Shown here piece by piece: positions 28,653 through 38,057 of a DNA stretch of 64,000 nt. Where the stretch lies: NCBI GenBank assembly GCA_002505405.1, contig DAVD01000037.1:187-64186 (forward strand). The letters are read 5' to 3'. The DNA is from Candidatus Poseidonia alphae (lineage in GTDB: Archaea; Thermoplasmatota; Poseidoniia; Poseidoniales; Poseidoniaceae). Positions within the stretch are counted from its first letter, which is position 1; each line of letters opens with the position of its first letter. The notes below the pieces were generated by a model. It was not told the origin of the DNA. It saw only the letters and a list, made by a program, of their open reading frames with translations, and made no database searches. The position numbers and the translations under genes were made by a program.

Positions 28653-30434
28653 TCAGTGCATTGAATCATAGATTCGTTGGGCCAAGGATGGACCAATGCC
28701 TGGGACGGTTAACAATTCATTGACCGCAGCGTGTTCAATGCCTTTTCTTCCGCCAAAATGGCGAAGAAGTGTTTGCAGTTTTTTGGCCCCTAATCCCTCA
28801 ACGGCTTCCAGTGGATCTGCCAGGCGGTTCCGACTTCGGCGTTTGCGATGGAAGGTGTTGACAAAGCGATGGGCTTCGTCTCTTGCGTGAACCATCACCC
28901 TTCCCTGCCGGTCAAGAATCAGTGGCTCGTGACCGTCTCGATAAACGGTTTCTTCGCGTTTGGCCAAGGCAGCCAGAGGAAATCGCCCGGCCCAACCGTG
29001 CTCTTCCAATGCCGTTGTGATGGTACTGAGGTGAGTTTCTCCACCGTCGATGAGCAACAGGTCAGGCCATTCTTCTTGCCGCTTCGCCCACCTCACGACC
29101 ACCTCTTTCATCATTCGTAAATCATCGATAGCGTCTCCTTTTACCACGTATTTTCGATACTCATCCTTGGCAGGCCGTCCGTTTCTCATGACCACGCTCG
29201 CACCGACTCGTTCACTTCCAAGGAGTTGAGCCATGTCAAAACAAACCAGGTGATTCAGTTGGTCCAATCCCAAGACTGCTGCCCCGTCATCTGCGGCTCT
29301 TTGTTCAAGGGAGCCGCTTGTTTTTGTGGCCATCCGTTGCAGTTGAATCTCAGCATTTTGGCGAGCCAGCGTCGCCAAATTTTCGAGGTCGCCTCGCTGA
29401 GGTGTCCGCACTTCCACCGAACCTCCTCTTCGTTGATTTAACCACGATTGAAGTCCATCGAAAATGGGCACAGGGCTTAGAAGAAGTCGAGGTGGCCTTC
29501 GGTGAGCATAATGTTCTGAAATGAACATGGAAATGGTTTCACCAATGTCGCCTCCATAGACCACAGGCCACGCTTCTTGGCCCTGAACCATACCTTCGTC
29601 AGCATGCAATACAACAACAGCAGCCAGTTCCCCTTGAGTGGCGAGTCCTATGGCGTCACAGTCGCGGTAGACTTTGCTCGATACGACATGTTGGCTGGTC
29701 GTAGCCCGCACAGCCCGAATGGTGTCTCTGTATCTTGCCGCTTCTTCGAAGGCTTCACGAGCAGAAGCGCTTTCCATGGAAGCAACCAATTCGTCCGTGA
29801 GGGCTGCTGCGTTTCCGTTCAAAATTTGGCGGACGTTCTTGACATTCTCATTGTAGCCTTCTGGTGAGACGCAAGGGCCAGTACACAAACCAATGTGCAT
29901 GGAAAGGCATCCCTGCGGAAGCAATTCTTTACAATCACGAATCCCAAATTGCCGTCGTAGCAACTGCATGACCTGTTTTGCAGCACCAGCATTGGGGAAT
30001 GGACCCCACTGTTCGGAATGTTTAGGTGGATAACGCGTGTACATGATTCGAGGAAACTCATGGTCTGTCAAAACAAGATAGGGAAAGGATTTCCCATCCT
30101 TGAGCATTGAATTGTAGCGCGGCATGTGCTCTCGAATCAATTGCCGTTCGAGAACGAGTGCCGCTTGAGGCGTTTGGGTTACGATGCATTCGATATCATC
30201 CGCTTTTGCGACAAGTTCCGGAATCATTTGTCGATCAGGGTTGGATGCAAAATAGGAACGGATTCGCTCGTTAAGGCGCGTTGCTTTCCCCACATAGAGG
30301 ACCCGCCCCTCTCTGGTTTTGAAAAGATAAACACCCGCCTCCTTGGGGAGGTTAGCCGAACTGAGGTCGACGGGCATGAAACCCTCTTGTAGACGGTGGC
30401 TCAAAAGGGCAACCCTGTGAAGAGAAGGGTTCAT
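28653..30434 (-). CDS. uvrC: Excinuclease ABC subunit C
   Basis: GIY-YIG module GVYLFKTREGRVLYVGKATRLNERIRSYF, a UvrBC-interaction region, and a C-terminal (HhH)2 GIGPSLAQRI. The true start may be Met20 (30377). Confidence 0.9.
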   Translation of the reverse strand: MNPSLHRVALLSHRLQEGFMPVDLSSANLPKEAGVYLFKTREGRVLYVGKATRLNERIRSYFASNPDRQMIPELVAKADDIECIVTQTPQAALVLERQLIREHMPRYNSMLKDGKSFPYLVLTDHEFPRIMYTRYPPKHSEQWGPFPNAGAAKQVMQLLRRQFGIRDCKELLPQGCLSMHIGLCTGPCVSPEGYNENVKNVRQILNGNAAALTDELVASMESASAREAFEEAARYRDTIRAVRATTSQHVVSSKVYRDCDAIGLATQGELAAVVVLHADEGMVQGQEAWPVVYGGDIGETISMFISEHYAHRRPPRLLLSPVPIFDGLQSWLNQRRGGSVEVRTPQRGDLENLATLARQNAEIQLQRMATKTSGSLEQRAADDGAAVLGLDQLNHLVCFDMAQLLGSERVGASVVMRNGRPAKDEYRKYVVKGDAIDDLRMMKEVVVRWAKRQEEWPDLLLIDGGETHLSTITTALEEHGWAGRFPLAALAKREETVYRDGHEPLILDRQGRVMVHARDEAHRFVNTFHRKRRSRNRLADPLEAVEGLGAKKLQTLLRHFGGRKGIEHAAVNELLTVPGIGPSLAQRIYDSMH

Positions 30435-30453
30435 GCAACCAATGGGATGATTG

Positions 30454-32685
30454 ATGAAGGAGGAGCAAGAAGTGCATTATGGAAGAGATATGCTTAGTCG
30501 TCCACAGGAAAAGTTACTCCGATACCTCGGTACCTTTCCCGAGGCCTTGGATCAAGCCTGGGATGTTCCTCGCAACCTTTCCCTCCCCGGTCTTGCTGAA
30601 GCGATGGGTGTTGTGCGGTCTGGGTTAAATCGTCCTCTCAATTTGTTGGAGTCTGAACAATTGATCACCGTTCGTGTTGCTCATGTCATCGGAGGAGGTT
30701 CTCGTCGAAGACAGGTGTATCACGCCACCGAAAAAGGACGCCTATGGTTGTTGGAACACCCCAAAGACGCTGAGGTTGATGAGGGTCAAGATGCTCTCAA
30801 GCAGAACCATCTACAGGTGGAACTCATCGGTCGTAAGGAGGCCATTATTGAGTTGGAATCCATGTTTGGCCGTCAACAACCCGTTTTGCTTGGAGGTCTA
30901 TCAGGGATTGGAAAAACAACCGTTGCTCAAGCATTGATGAGCCGAGCCTCGCTTGAAGGTACATCCATACATTCAGCCATTGTGAACGAATTCTCAGACA
31001 TGAGGAATATCATTCAACAGTGGTTTCCAGCCATGAAACCACTTCCCCACGATACAGAGGCATTAGAATCACTTCTTGAGGCCGCTGATGAGAAGCGCAT
31101 GTTTGTGATCGATGATGTCCATTTGATACCACCGAGGCACGCAACCAACGTCAAAGCCATGATTGAAACGTTCCAATGTGACAGCACTACGACGCTTCTT
31201 CTTGTTGGCCGGACTCCGCTGCCGTTTGATGGTGAATTTGAGTACCGGCAACTGTCTGCTCTTGACCCTGAAGATGCGGCCCAACTGTTGGGGGAGCATT
31301 TGGACTTGGAGCATCGCCTTTCAATCGCAAACGCACTGGGTGGGCACCCGATGGCTCTCCAATTATACTCGGAAGGAACACCGCTTCCAGAAGCCGGAGA
31401 AGACATTCAAAATTTTGTAGAGCAAACGATTCTGCAAAACCTTGGGGATGAAGAATTGGCTGCCTTAGATCACTATGTTCTCTTCCCCCGACCGCTTGCT
31501 GCAAAAGACGTCCCGCATCAGGACGAAATCGCAGATTTGGACGTGCATGCCCTCTTGCGATGGGAACACGATAACATGAAACTCGAGATTCAACACCTTG
31601 TTCGGAACGTTCGCCGAACGATGTTCTCCAAAGACCGGCTCAAGGAACTTCATCAAACATCTTTGAACCACTGGCTTTTGTGTGAAGATACTCCTGATTC
31701 ACAAATTCTTCGATTGTACCACCAACTTGCCCTTGATGACCCCGAATTCAAATCGCAAATTGAGAGCCAAGTTGAACGCCTTCTTCCTGCTCAAGGAGCA
31801 GCAATCGCTGTAATTCTGAACCGAGCCGTTGAACAGAAACCAGAAGATGAGATGCTTCATTATTGGGCGGGCAAAGTTGCCTTGCACCGTCATGAACTCG
31901 ATCGAGTAGGGGTTCATCTTGAAGCCATCTCAAGCGAAAGTCTTCGAAGTGAATTGGCTTATCAAAAAGCGATTCTCGAGGGCAATGAGGTGGAATCTCA
32001 ACGGTTGTTGCAGTCCGTTCTTGCCCATGCAAACGATGTGGAAGCGGCTCGTACTTTACTCTCAGCAGCCGTGCAACATCTTGAAGACCGTTTGTTTGAC
32101 GAACCATCTGAAACGGCATTGTCAACGGTTCAATCCCTACTTCAAGATGTCAAACTCCCTCAACGGCAGGAATTACGCGCGGCAATGATGGTGAGTCTTT
32201 CCATGATTCAACACGCAGCAGCTCTGTTTGAAGGCGATGTTCAACGAGCTAACGAACTCCGTGATGCACTGGCATCAATCAGCGATGAGCATGACCCCTT
32301 TGTTCGTCTGCTCAAATTAAAGGCATCCTTTCGCTTCCATTCATCCGACAATCTTGAGTTGATCATCAACGAGGCTGAAGAGGTCATCCAACGCCAGCCT
32401 ACGGCCTTTCACAAAGCGGCTTTACAACTGACCCTCGCTGAATTCCTATGGGCGCATGATTCCAAGAAGGCACAAGGCGTGTTTGAAGATGTTCCATCAC
32501 CTGATGTGCTCCGTTCCAAAGGAGTTGCTCATCAGCGTTATGCAGGTAGGTGGTGGTATTTACACTCAAAAATCACGCCAAACACGTCGCTCATGTCAAT
32601 GCGGGAAGCAAGCCGCTGCTTCCGTTCAGCAGGCTGTCATTCAGCGAGCCGTACACTCGTTAAACGAATGCATCGATTGTTGTGA
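30454..32685 (+). CDS. wHTH + STAND (NB-ARC-like) NTPase + helical-repeat regulator
   Basis: N-terminal wHTH (LPGLAEAMGVVRSGLNRPLNLLESEQLI). Walker A GGLSGIGKTT, Walker B MFVIDDVH, LLVGRTP, and GGHPMALQL (GxP motif as in NB-ARC GLPLAL). Then about 400 aa of helical/TPR-like sequence. Confidence 0.7.
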   Translation: MKEEQEVHYGRDMLSRPQEKLLRYLGTFPEALDQAWDVPRNLSLPGLAEAMGVVRSGLNRPLNLLESEQLITVRVAHVIGGGSRRRQVYHATEKGRLWLLEHPKDAEVDEGQDALKQNHLQVELIGRKEAIIELESMFGRQQPVLLGGLSGIGKTTVAQALMSRASLEGTSIHSAIVNEFSDMRNIIQQWFPAMKPLPHDTEALESLLEAADEKRMFVIDDVHLIPPRHATNVKAMIETFQCDSTTTLLLVGRTPLPFDGEFEYRQLSALDPEDAAQLLGEHLDLEHRLSIANALGGHPMALQLYSEGTPLPEAGEDIQNFVEQTILQNLGDEELAALDHYVLFPRPLAAKDVPHQDEIADLDVHALLRWEHDNMKLEIQHLVRNVRRTMFSKDRLKELHQTSLNHWLLCEDTPDSQILRLYHQLALDDPEFKSQIESQVERLLPAQGAAIAVILNRAVEQKPEDEMLHYWAGKVALHRHELDRVGVHLEAISSESLRSELAYQKAILEGNEVESQRLLQSVLAHANDVEAARTLLSAAVQHLEDRLFDEPSETALSTVQSLLQDVKLPQRQELRAAMMVSLSMIQHAAALFEGDVQRANELRDALASISDEHDPFVRLLKLKASFRFHSSDNLELIINEAEEVIQRQPTAFHKAALQLTLAEFLWAHDSKKAQGVFEDVPSPDVLRSKGVAHQRYAGRWWYLHSKITPNTSLMSMREASRCFRSAGCHSASRTLVKRMHRLL

Positions 32686-32931
32686 TTAGAGTTCTGCTCC
32701 GATCAATGTTTTGGTGTCAGCAATTCCGGAAAGAGAACGAATGTCTTCTACAATGCATCGGGTAAGTGCAAACTCTTCATCAGCCTGAACGCGAGCGATG
32801 ATGTCGTATTCGCCAAATAGCATCCACCGGTTGGTCACTAAATCGATGTTATCAAGTGCATTACGGACGTTATCCTCTTCGCCAGGAAGGGTGGTAATCA
32901 ATACGAATCCAATAGCCATTTCATCACTCAT
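32686..32931 (-). CDS. Stand-alone Lrp/AsnC-type ligand-binding (RAM) domain protein
   Basis: 81 aa: FVLITTLPGEED...FGEYDIIARV...IADTKTLIG. No HTH. Confidence 0.7.
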   Translation of the reverse strand: MSDEMAIGFVLITTLPGEEDNVRNALDNIDLVTNRWMLFGEYDIIARVQADEEFALTRCIVEDIRSLSGIADTKTLIGAEL

Positions 32932-33161
32932 CCTTCAACTGCAATCAGCGTTTGTGTTTCCTTGACGCCTTTGATTTTTCGAAATGTATTCATGACGAGG
33001 TCGGAAAGACGTTTTGAATTTGAAGCGGTAATACGGACCAAGAGGTCAAATTCCCCGTAGAGTGCGTGAACTTCTGCGACGTCTTCATGTCCAGTGAGCG
33101 AGAGGTACACTTCACGTTCATGCGTGGGTTCGGTTTTGAACAGAATAAATGCCTCAGGCAT
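32928..33161 (-). CDS. Stand-alone Lrp/AsnC-type ligand-binding (RAM) domain protein
   Basis: 77 aa: FILFKTEP...YGEFDLLVRI...VKETQTLIA. An ATGA overlap joins it to the downstream paralog (32928-32931). Confidence 0.7.
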   Translation of the reverse strand: MPEAFILFKTEPTHEREVYLSLTGHEDVAEVHALYGEFDLLVRITASNSKRLSDLVMNTFRKIKGVKETQTLIAVEG

Positions 33162-33266
33162 GTATGTTGGAATGAAAGTCGGGATTTATGGCTTCCTCTT
33201 GATGCATTTCTTCTCCCGATACAAAGCAGCGAACCATTGAAAGGGTAAAGCAGGTGATTGAGGGAT

Positions 33267-36200
33267 ATGACAGTGCTCCCTCGTCCAGCCTCGCGGGTGA
33301 TATTTGTCACACTTCTCTTCCTTCTGCCGTTGTTGACAGCCATCCACCCTCTCAATGAATCAGAATCGGTTGACCCAATCGTTCAGAATACTGGGGCTCG
33401 AGCCCAAATCACGTGGTCGGGTACACAGGTTCTCACGAACACGTATACCGTACCTGTTTCGGATGAATTGGTGATTCAGGCTTGCACAGTCGTACAGATG
33501 GATGGGGGCGTGCGAATTGTTGTGGATGGACGGCTGACTGTATTGGGGACTCAAAGTTGTCCCGTAACCCTTGAAGCAAGCGGACTATCAGACCATGAGG
33601 GCATTCAATTCAATTCCTCTTCCTCAGGACGCGGCTCTCTTCTGCAAAATTTGACGATTGAGGATTCCATTTACGGGGTGACCATTTACAGTTCTAACCC
33701 AGTCATCGAGAATTTGACCGTGGTCAATGCTGACCGCGTGGGCGTTGACATGTTCAACAATGCTGCCCCAAGAATCACAGATCTATTCATCAATGAAGCT
33801 GGCCGTGATTTGGCTTTCCAAGGCGACTGGCGCTACGGTATTGGTCTATCAATCGGAGCAGGTTCAACCCCCATTGTCACCCGTGCAGTTTTCACTGATG
33901 TTTTGACACGTGGTGTGAACATTTGGGGCGCATCGGGCGGGCTCATACAGGGCATCACTGTAGACAATTGCTCAGGGTCAAGTTGGGCTACGGCTGCAGG
34001 AATTTGGGTGGAAGACAGTCAACCCCTTCTCACCAACGTTTCCATTGACAAATCAGACACGGGAATGGTCATTCGTCACATCGACGACGGTGGTTACACT
34101 CGCGCAGTCGTCCGTGATGCAACAATTACAAATTCAATGTACCGAGGCGTCTATGTTGACAAAAACAATCACACCAATTACACCAATTATGAAACGGCAG
34201 ATTTCACCAATTTGACCATCAGAGGCACCGGGACAAGCGGAGCGACAACGGCTAACATTGGATATGCTGCACTCGAAGTCAATGCAACCGGTGCATGGTT
34301 TGACAACACCCTCATTGAAGATTCAACGACCGTTGGAGTACGTTTGTACTTCGTTGACGATACGACCACCTTCCGAAACCTCACGATTCGAAATTCAGGC
34401 GACCCTGGTGAGGGGGCACATGAAGCTGGACTCGCAATCCGGTCTTCCTTTTTCGCACCGAACTTTGAGGGCATGGAAATTTCAGGCTCGGTTGGCCCGG
34501 GCATCTCCTCAACCTCTGGAGGCGCTATGCAAGGTTTTGATTGGAATTTACACAACAATACAAAGCACGGCCTGTTGATCGATAGAGCCACAGTGGTCGT
34601 TAATGGACTCCAACTTAACGACAACGAGCAGTCCGGTGCACAGGTTCTTGATTCGAGGTACGTGACCTTTGAGAACCTCACCGCGACCAATAACGGTGGC
34701 GATGCAGCAACCAATCCACTGGCTCAAAACCAAGCGGGCTTGTATTATCAAGAATCCAACGACTTGGAATCCGAATCTGGGGACGTCCGATGCAGAAACT
34801 GCATGGTTTCGGGTTCAACCGGAGCCGGTATTTTGGCTGAAAACTCAGTGGATTTGTGGCTTGAGGGAATCACGCTCTATGGAAACAGTGTGGATGTTCC
34901 AGCTCTTACCATCGATAACGAGGATACCATGCCCGCAGGCGCAACTGGGCGCGTCAACATTCTCCAAGCGAACATTACAGCGGAAAGTCCTGGCAAGCCA
35001 GCAGTTGAACTGTTGCGAACCGCTGCACACATTGAGGGGATGTCCTTTGCTGGAAACCATACCGGCTTGGAATGGAGCGGTGATAACAACGGGAATTTCC
35101 CATCCACCATTTCCGACAGTGATTTTTCAGGAACATCGTGTCTGAAGCTGACAAATCATCCAAACCTTGGTGGCCAAGGGAACACCATCACTTCCTCCTG
35201 CTCGGGCTTTGTTCAACTGGAAAACAGTCAAGTGAATTGGTCAAACCTTGAAGATGAATTAGGTACGACAATGATTCAACTTGATGATGCATCAGATCTT
35301 CATCTTCATCAACCAGTTAACATCGACCTGAACTTGGCCTCCTTTTCTGGAGCAGCGACCGTGGATGTGGCTTGGGACCTCACCATATGGGTTGTAAACA
35401 ACTTCACAAACGGTGTTCCAAACGCAAACGTTGATGCAAGTTTTACCGACCATGAACCTTCTGTGCAACAGTATACCAACGATTTAGGCTACGTGTTCCT
35501 TTCCGATTTCATCGGCCAGCAGTGGACTTCTTCAGGAGCGTCACCTCATAACTCAGTCACCGTTCAGTGCGCCTACGATAGCATCACGAATTCGACCAGC
35601 GCTACCCTTGATCAGAACAGATTTGTGAATTGTCTACTGCCCTTGGACAATCAAGCCCCGTTCTTGATGTGGGAATCACCACTTGATGAAGCAATTTACC
35701 CTTCACAAGGTGAAGTGGTGTTCAATGCCAGTGATTCTTGGGACCTTGATGATGATGAACTCACGTTCACATGGACCAGTGACCTCGATGGTGATATTGT
35801 GGCGTCATGTACCGGACAGGGGCAGGGCAACGGGCAGGGGATTACTCAACAAGATATGACCAATGGAGTTCCATTCACAGTCAATACAAATTATCTGAAT
35901 ATGGGGTGCCAATTATCCGATGGGATTCACCTCATCACACTTGAAATCTGCGATGATGCAGGTCATTGTGTATCCGAGGTTCGGACCATTGAATTGGTGA
36001 ATCTCGCTCCAATTCTTGTCGTTGACTTTGAACCCTCTTTGAATCCGTGGAGTGAACTCATCATGCCGCAAACCGGGACCGTGGTCATCAACACCACGGG
36101 CACATTTGATCCAGAAGGTGATGATTTCGCATGCGTCATCGATTTCAACGGCGAAGGCGCCGCTTGGGGCAACCAGTGGGTGTGTCCCGAGGAACTCACG

Positions 36201-38054
36201 TACACCTTCGATTATACCACCGAGGACCCGCCAGCGTCTGCCTCGTTGACGGTCATGGCTTTTGATGCCGTAGGCAACAATGCGACATATACCGTGGACG
36301 TGATTCTGTTCAATGAAATACCTGAACCAATATTTGAGGTTCAGCGTCAAGGAAACGAAAGTGAACAATTGGTCACATTGGAAGGAAGCGCGACTTCAGA
36401 CCCAGAAGGTGATGACATGGTCGTGACCTACCGTTCCAGCCTTGATGGTGTATTGGCTGAACTCACGAATGGCTCAACAACTTGGTCAGGATATCTTTCT
36501 CGGGGAGTCCACACGATCACAATGGAAGTTACTGATGACCAAGCTGAACATGTCAATCAAAGTGCATCATCATCCGTTTTGGTGACGGTTGACAACTCGT
36601 TTCCAATCGCCATGATCGCCTCACCCTCGTTGACAACGTTCGATTCCTCTGAATTAATTGAGTTCTCAGCGAACGGCTCAGGGGATTTCGATGCAGCATG
36701 CGACACCTTCCCAGAAGAAGGAATATGGCATTGTGCTCCGTTCTCACCTTATGGCGGCTCAGAGTTTTTGGTGGTTACATGGACGAGTGACCTTGATGGT
36801 CGTCTCACTCCTGAAGGTGAAGATTGGTTGATGTTTGAATCACGATTGAGTACCGGAACCCACACCATTACATTGAGTTTGGATGATGGAATCCATGACC
36901 CCGTCACCTCAACATTAACCTTGGACATCGTTCCTTCTGCTCCTGTACTTGGGCTGGTAAGTCCTGTCGATGGATCAAGCCACTCTTCTTCAACCATACT
37001 GATGTTTGATGCCTCTCAAAGTATAGATTACGACAACGATGATTTCGTCTTGACCCTCAGGACTTCCCTTGAAGACGACCCAATTCTAGTGGATGTCTCT
37101 TCAAGTGAAAGCCATGCATTGACGCTGCGGGCAGGTTCTCACGTACTCACGGTCACGCTGACAGACGATACTGGAATATCTCGGGATGAGACTTTCTCCC
37201 TTACCATCAATGAATCAGGCCCAACAATGCGCCTCATCTTGCCTGAAAATCGGCAGTCCATCGCCCCTGGAGGCGTTGTGATACTGGAAGAAGCCTCGTT
37301 TGATGCTGACAATGATTTGGTCTTCCGGGAATGGCGCCTTTGGTCGGATCAAAGCAGTATCCCACAGGTGATTTCAACGAGTTCAATCGATGAAATTACC
37401 AACTTAGCCCCCGGAGAATACCACCTCTCCCTCTATATTGAGGACTCTCAAGAAAATTGGGTTGAAGAACACGTGAACATCACGATTCAATCCAGTCTTC
37501 CGTCTTTTGACCGTGATTCCTTGACCCTATCCGAAACGACCTTTGTGGCGGGGGAACTCTCCCAACTGAACATCTCAATCCGCCTTGATGATGCCGACGG
37601 TACCACAAAGGATGTACGAGCCAATTTGACGCACAACATCCAGCAATGGGAAATCAATCTTACCGATGTTAATGGCGACGGAATCTGGGAAGGGATTCTC
37701 CAATGGCGACCTGAAGAAACGGGAAGCCCCAGTTTGAAATTGGTTGCCCGAGACGGCGAAGGGCAAAACGCCAACATTGACGTCTTCACGAGAACATTAA
37801 CTGTAGAGGCGTTTGAAGATGACCAACGAGTCCTCTTCTTCGCCCTTGGAGCCGCTGGCCTCTTTGGTGGATTCTCCCTCCTGGCATTCATCGCTATGCG
37901 CCGACGTCGGGCCTTATCAGATATTGACCTCATCGCTTCTTGGGATGCGTTTAGAGCGCCGGAAAAAACTGCTGAAGTTGAACAACGTCCCTTGGAAGAC
38001 AACATCATGGACGGTACTGAAGAAGTTCAAACCGAACTCGACGGTCTGCTTTGA
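33267..38054 (+). CDS. Giant surface protein (about 1595 aa): parallel beta-helix (PbH1-like) repeats followed by multiple PKD/Ig-like modules, with C-terminal TM anchor
   Basis: Beta-helix-like repeats: NLTIEDSIYGVTIYSSNPVIENLTVVNADRVGVDM..., NLTIRNSG. Recurrent module starts: FTWTSDLDGDI, VTYRSSLDGVL, VTWTSDLDGRL, each followed by G-x-H-x-IT(L/M). C-terminal LFGGFSLLAFIAMRRRR. Confidence 0.8.
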   Translation: MTVLPRPASRVIFVTLLFLLPLLTAIHPLNESESVDPIVQNTGARAQITWSGTQVLTNTYTVPVSDELVIQACTVVQMDGGVRIVVDGRLTVLGTQSCPVTLEASGLSDHEGIQFNSSSSGRGSLLQNLTIEDSIYGVTIYSSNPVIENLTVVNADRVGVDMFNNAAPRITDLFINEAGRDLAFQGDWRYGIGLSIGAGSTPIVTRAVFTDVLTRGVNIWGASGGLIQGITVDNCSGSSWATAAGIWVEDSQPLLTNVSIDKSDTGMVIRHIDDGGYTRAVVRDATITNSMYRGVYVDKNNHTNYTNYETADFTNLTIRGTGTSGATTANIGYAALEVNATGAWFDNTLIEDSTTVGVRLYFVDDTTTFRNLTIRNSGDPGEGAHEAGLAIRSSFFAPNFEGMEISGSVGPGISSTSGGAMQGFDWNLHNNTKHGLLIDRATVVVNGLQLNDNEQSGAQVLDSRYVTFENLTATNNGGDAATNPLAQNQAGLYYQESNDLESESGDVRCRNCMVSGSTGAGILAENSVDLWLEGITLYGNSVDVPALTIDNEDTMPAGATGRVNILQANITAESPGKPAVELLRTAAHIEGMSFAGNHTGLEWSGDNNGNFPSTISDSDFSGTSCLKLTNHPNLGGQGNTITSSCSGFVQLENSQVNWSNLEDELGTTMIQLDDASDLHLHQPVNIDLNLASFSGAATVDVAWDLTIWVVNNFTNGVPNANVDASFTDHEPSVQQYTNDLGYVFLSDFIGQQWTSSGASPHNSVTVQCAYDSITNSTSATLDQNRFVNCLLPLDNQAPFLMWESPLDEAIYPSQGEVVFNASDSWDLDDDELTFTWTSDLDGDIVASCTGQGQGNGQGITQQDMTNGVPFTVNTNYLNMGCQLSDGIHLITLEICDDAGHCVSEVRTIELVNLAPILVVDFEPSLNPWSELIMPQTGTVVINTTGTFDPEGDDFACVIDFNGEGAAWGNQWVCPEELTYTFDYTTEDPPASASLTVMAFDAVGNNATYTVDVILFNEIPEPIFEVQRQGNESEQLVTLEGSATSDPEGDDMVVTYRSSLDGVLAELTNGSTTWSGYLSRGVHTITMEVTDDQAEHVNQSASSSVLVTVDNSFPIAMIASPSLTTFDSSELIEFSANGSGDFDAACDTFPEEGIWHCAPFSPYGGSEFLVVTWTSDLDGRLTPEGEDWLMFESRLSTGTHTITLSLDDGIHDPVTSTLTLDIVPSAPVLGLVSPVDGSSHSSSTILMFDASQSIDYDNDDFVLTLRTSLEDDPILVDVSSSESHALTLRAGSHVLTVTLTDDTGISRDETFSLTINESGPTMRLILPENRQSIAPGGVVILEEASFDADNDLVFREWRLWSDQSSIPQVISTSSIDEITNLAPGEYHLSLYIEDSQENWVEEHVNITIQSSLPSFDRDSLTLSETTFVAGELSQLNISIRLDDADGTTKDVRANLTHNIQQWEINLTDVNGDGIWEGILQWRPEETGSPSLKLVARDGEGQNANIDVFTRTLTVEAFEDDQRVLFFALGAAGLFGGFSLLAFIAMRRRRALSDIDLIASWDAFRAPEKTAEVEQRPLEDNIMDGTEEVQTELDGLL

Positions 38055-38057
38055 AGT

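Noticed and set aside
34187-38008. Antisense and alternative ORFs of 150-175 aa inside the giant beta-helix gene (34187-34714, 34669-35145, 35913-36368, 37487-38008) and in crtI (44675-45196).
   Set aside because: They are fully nested in strongly supported long genes. Their compositions are atypical and they have no start context.
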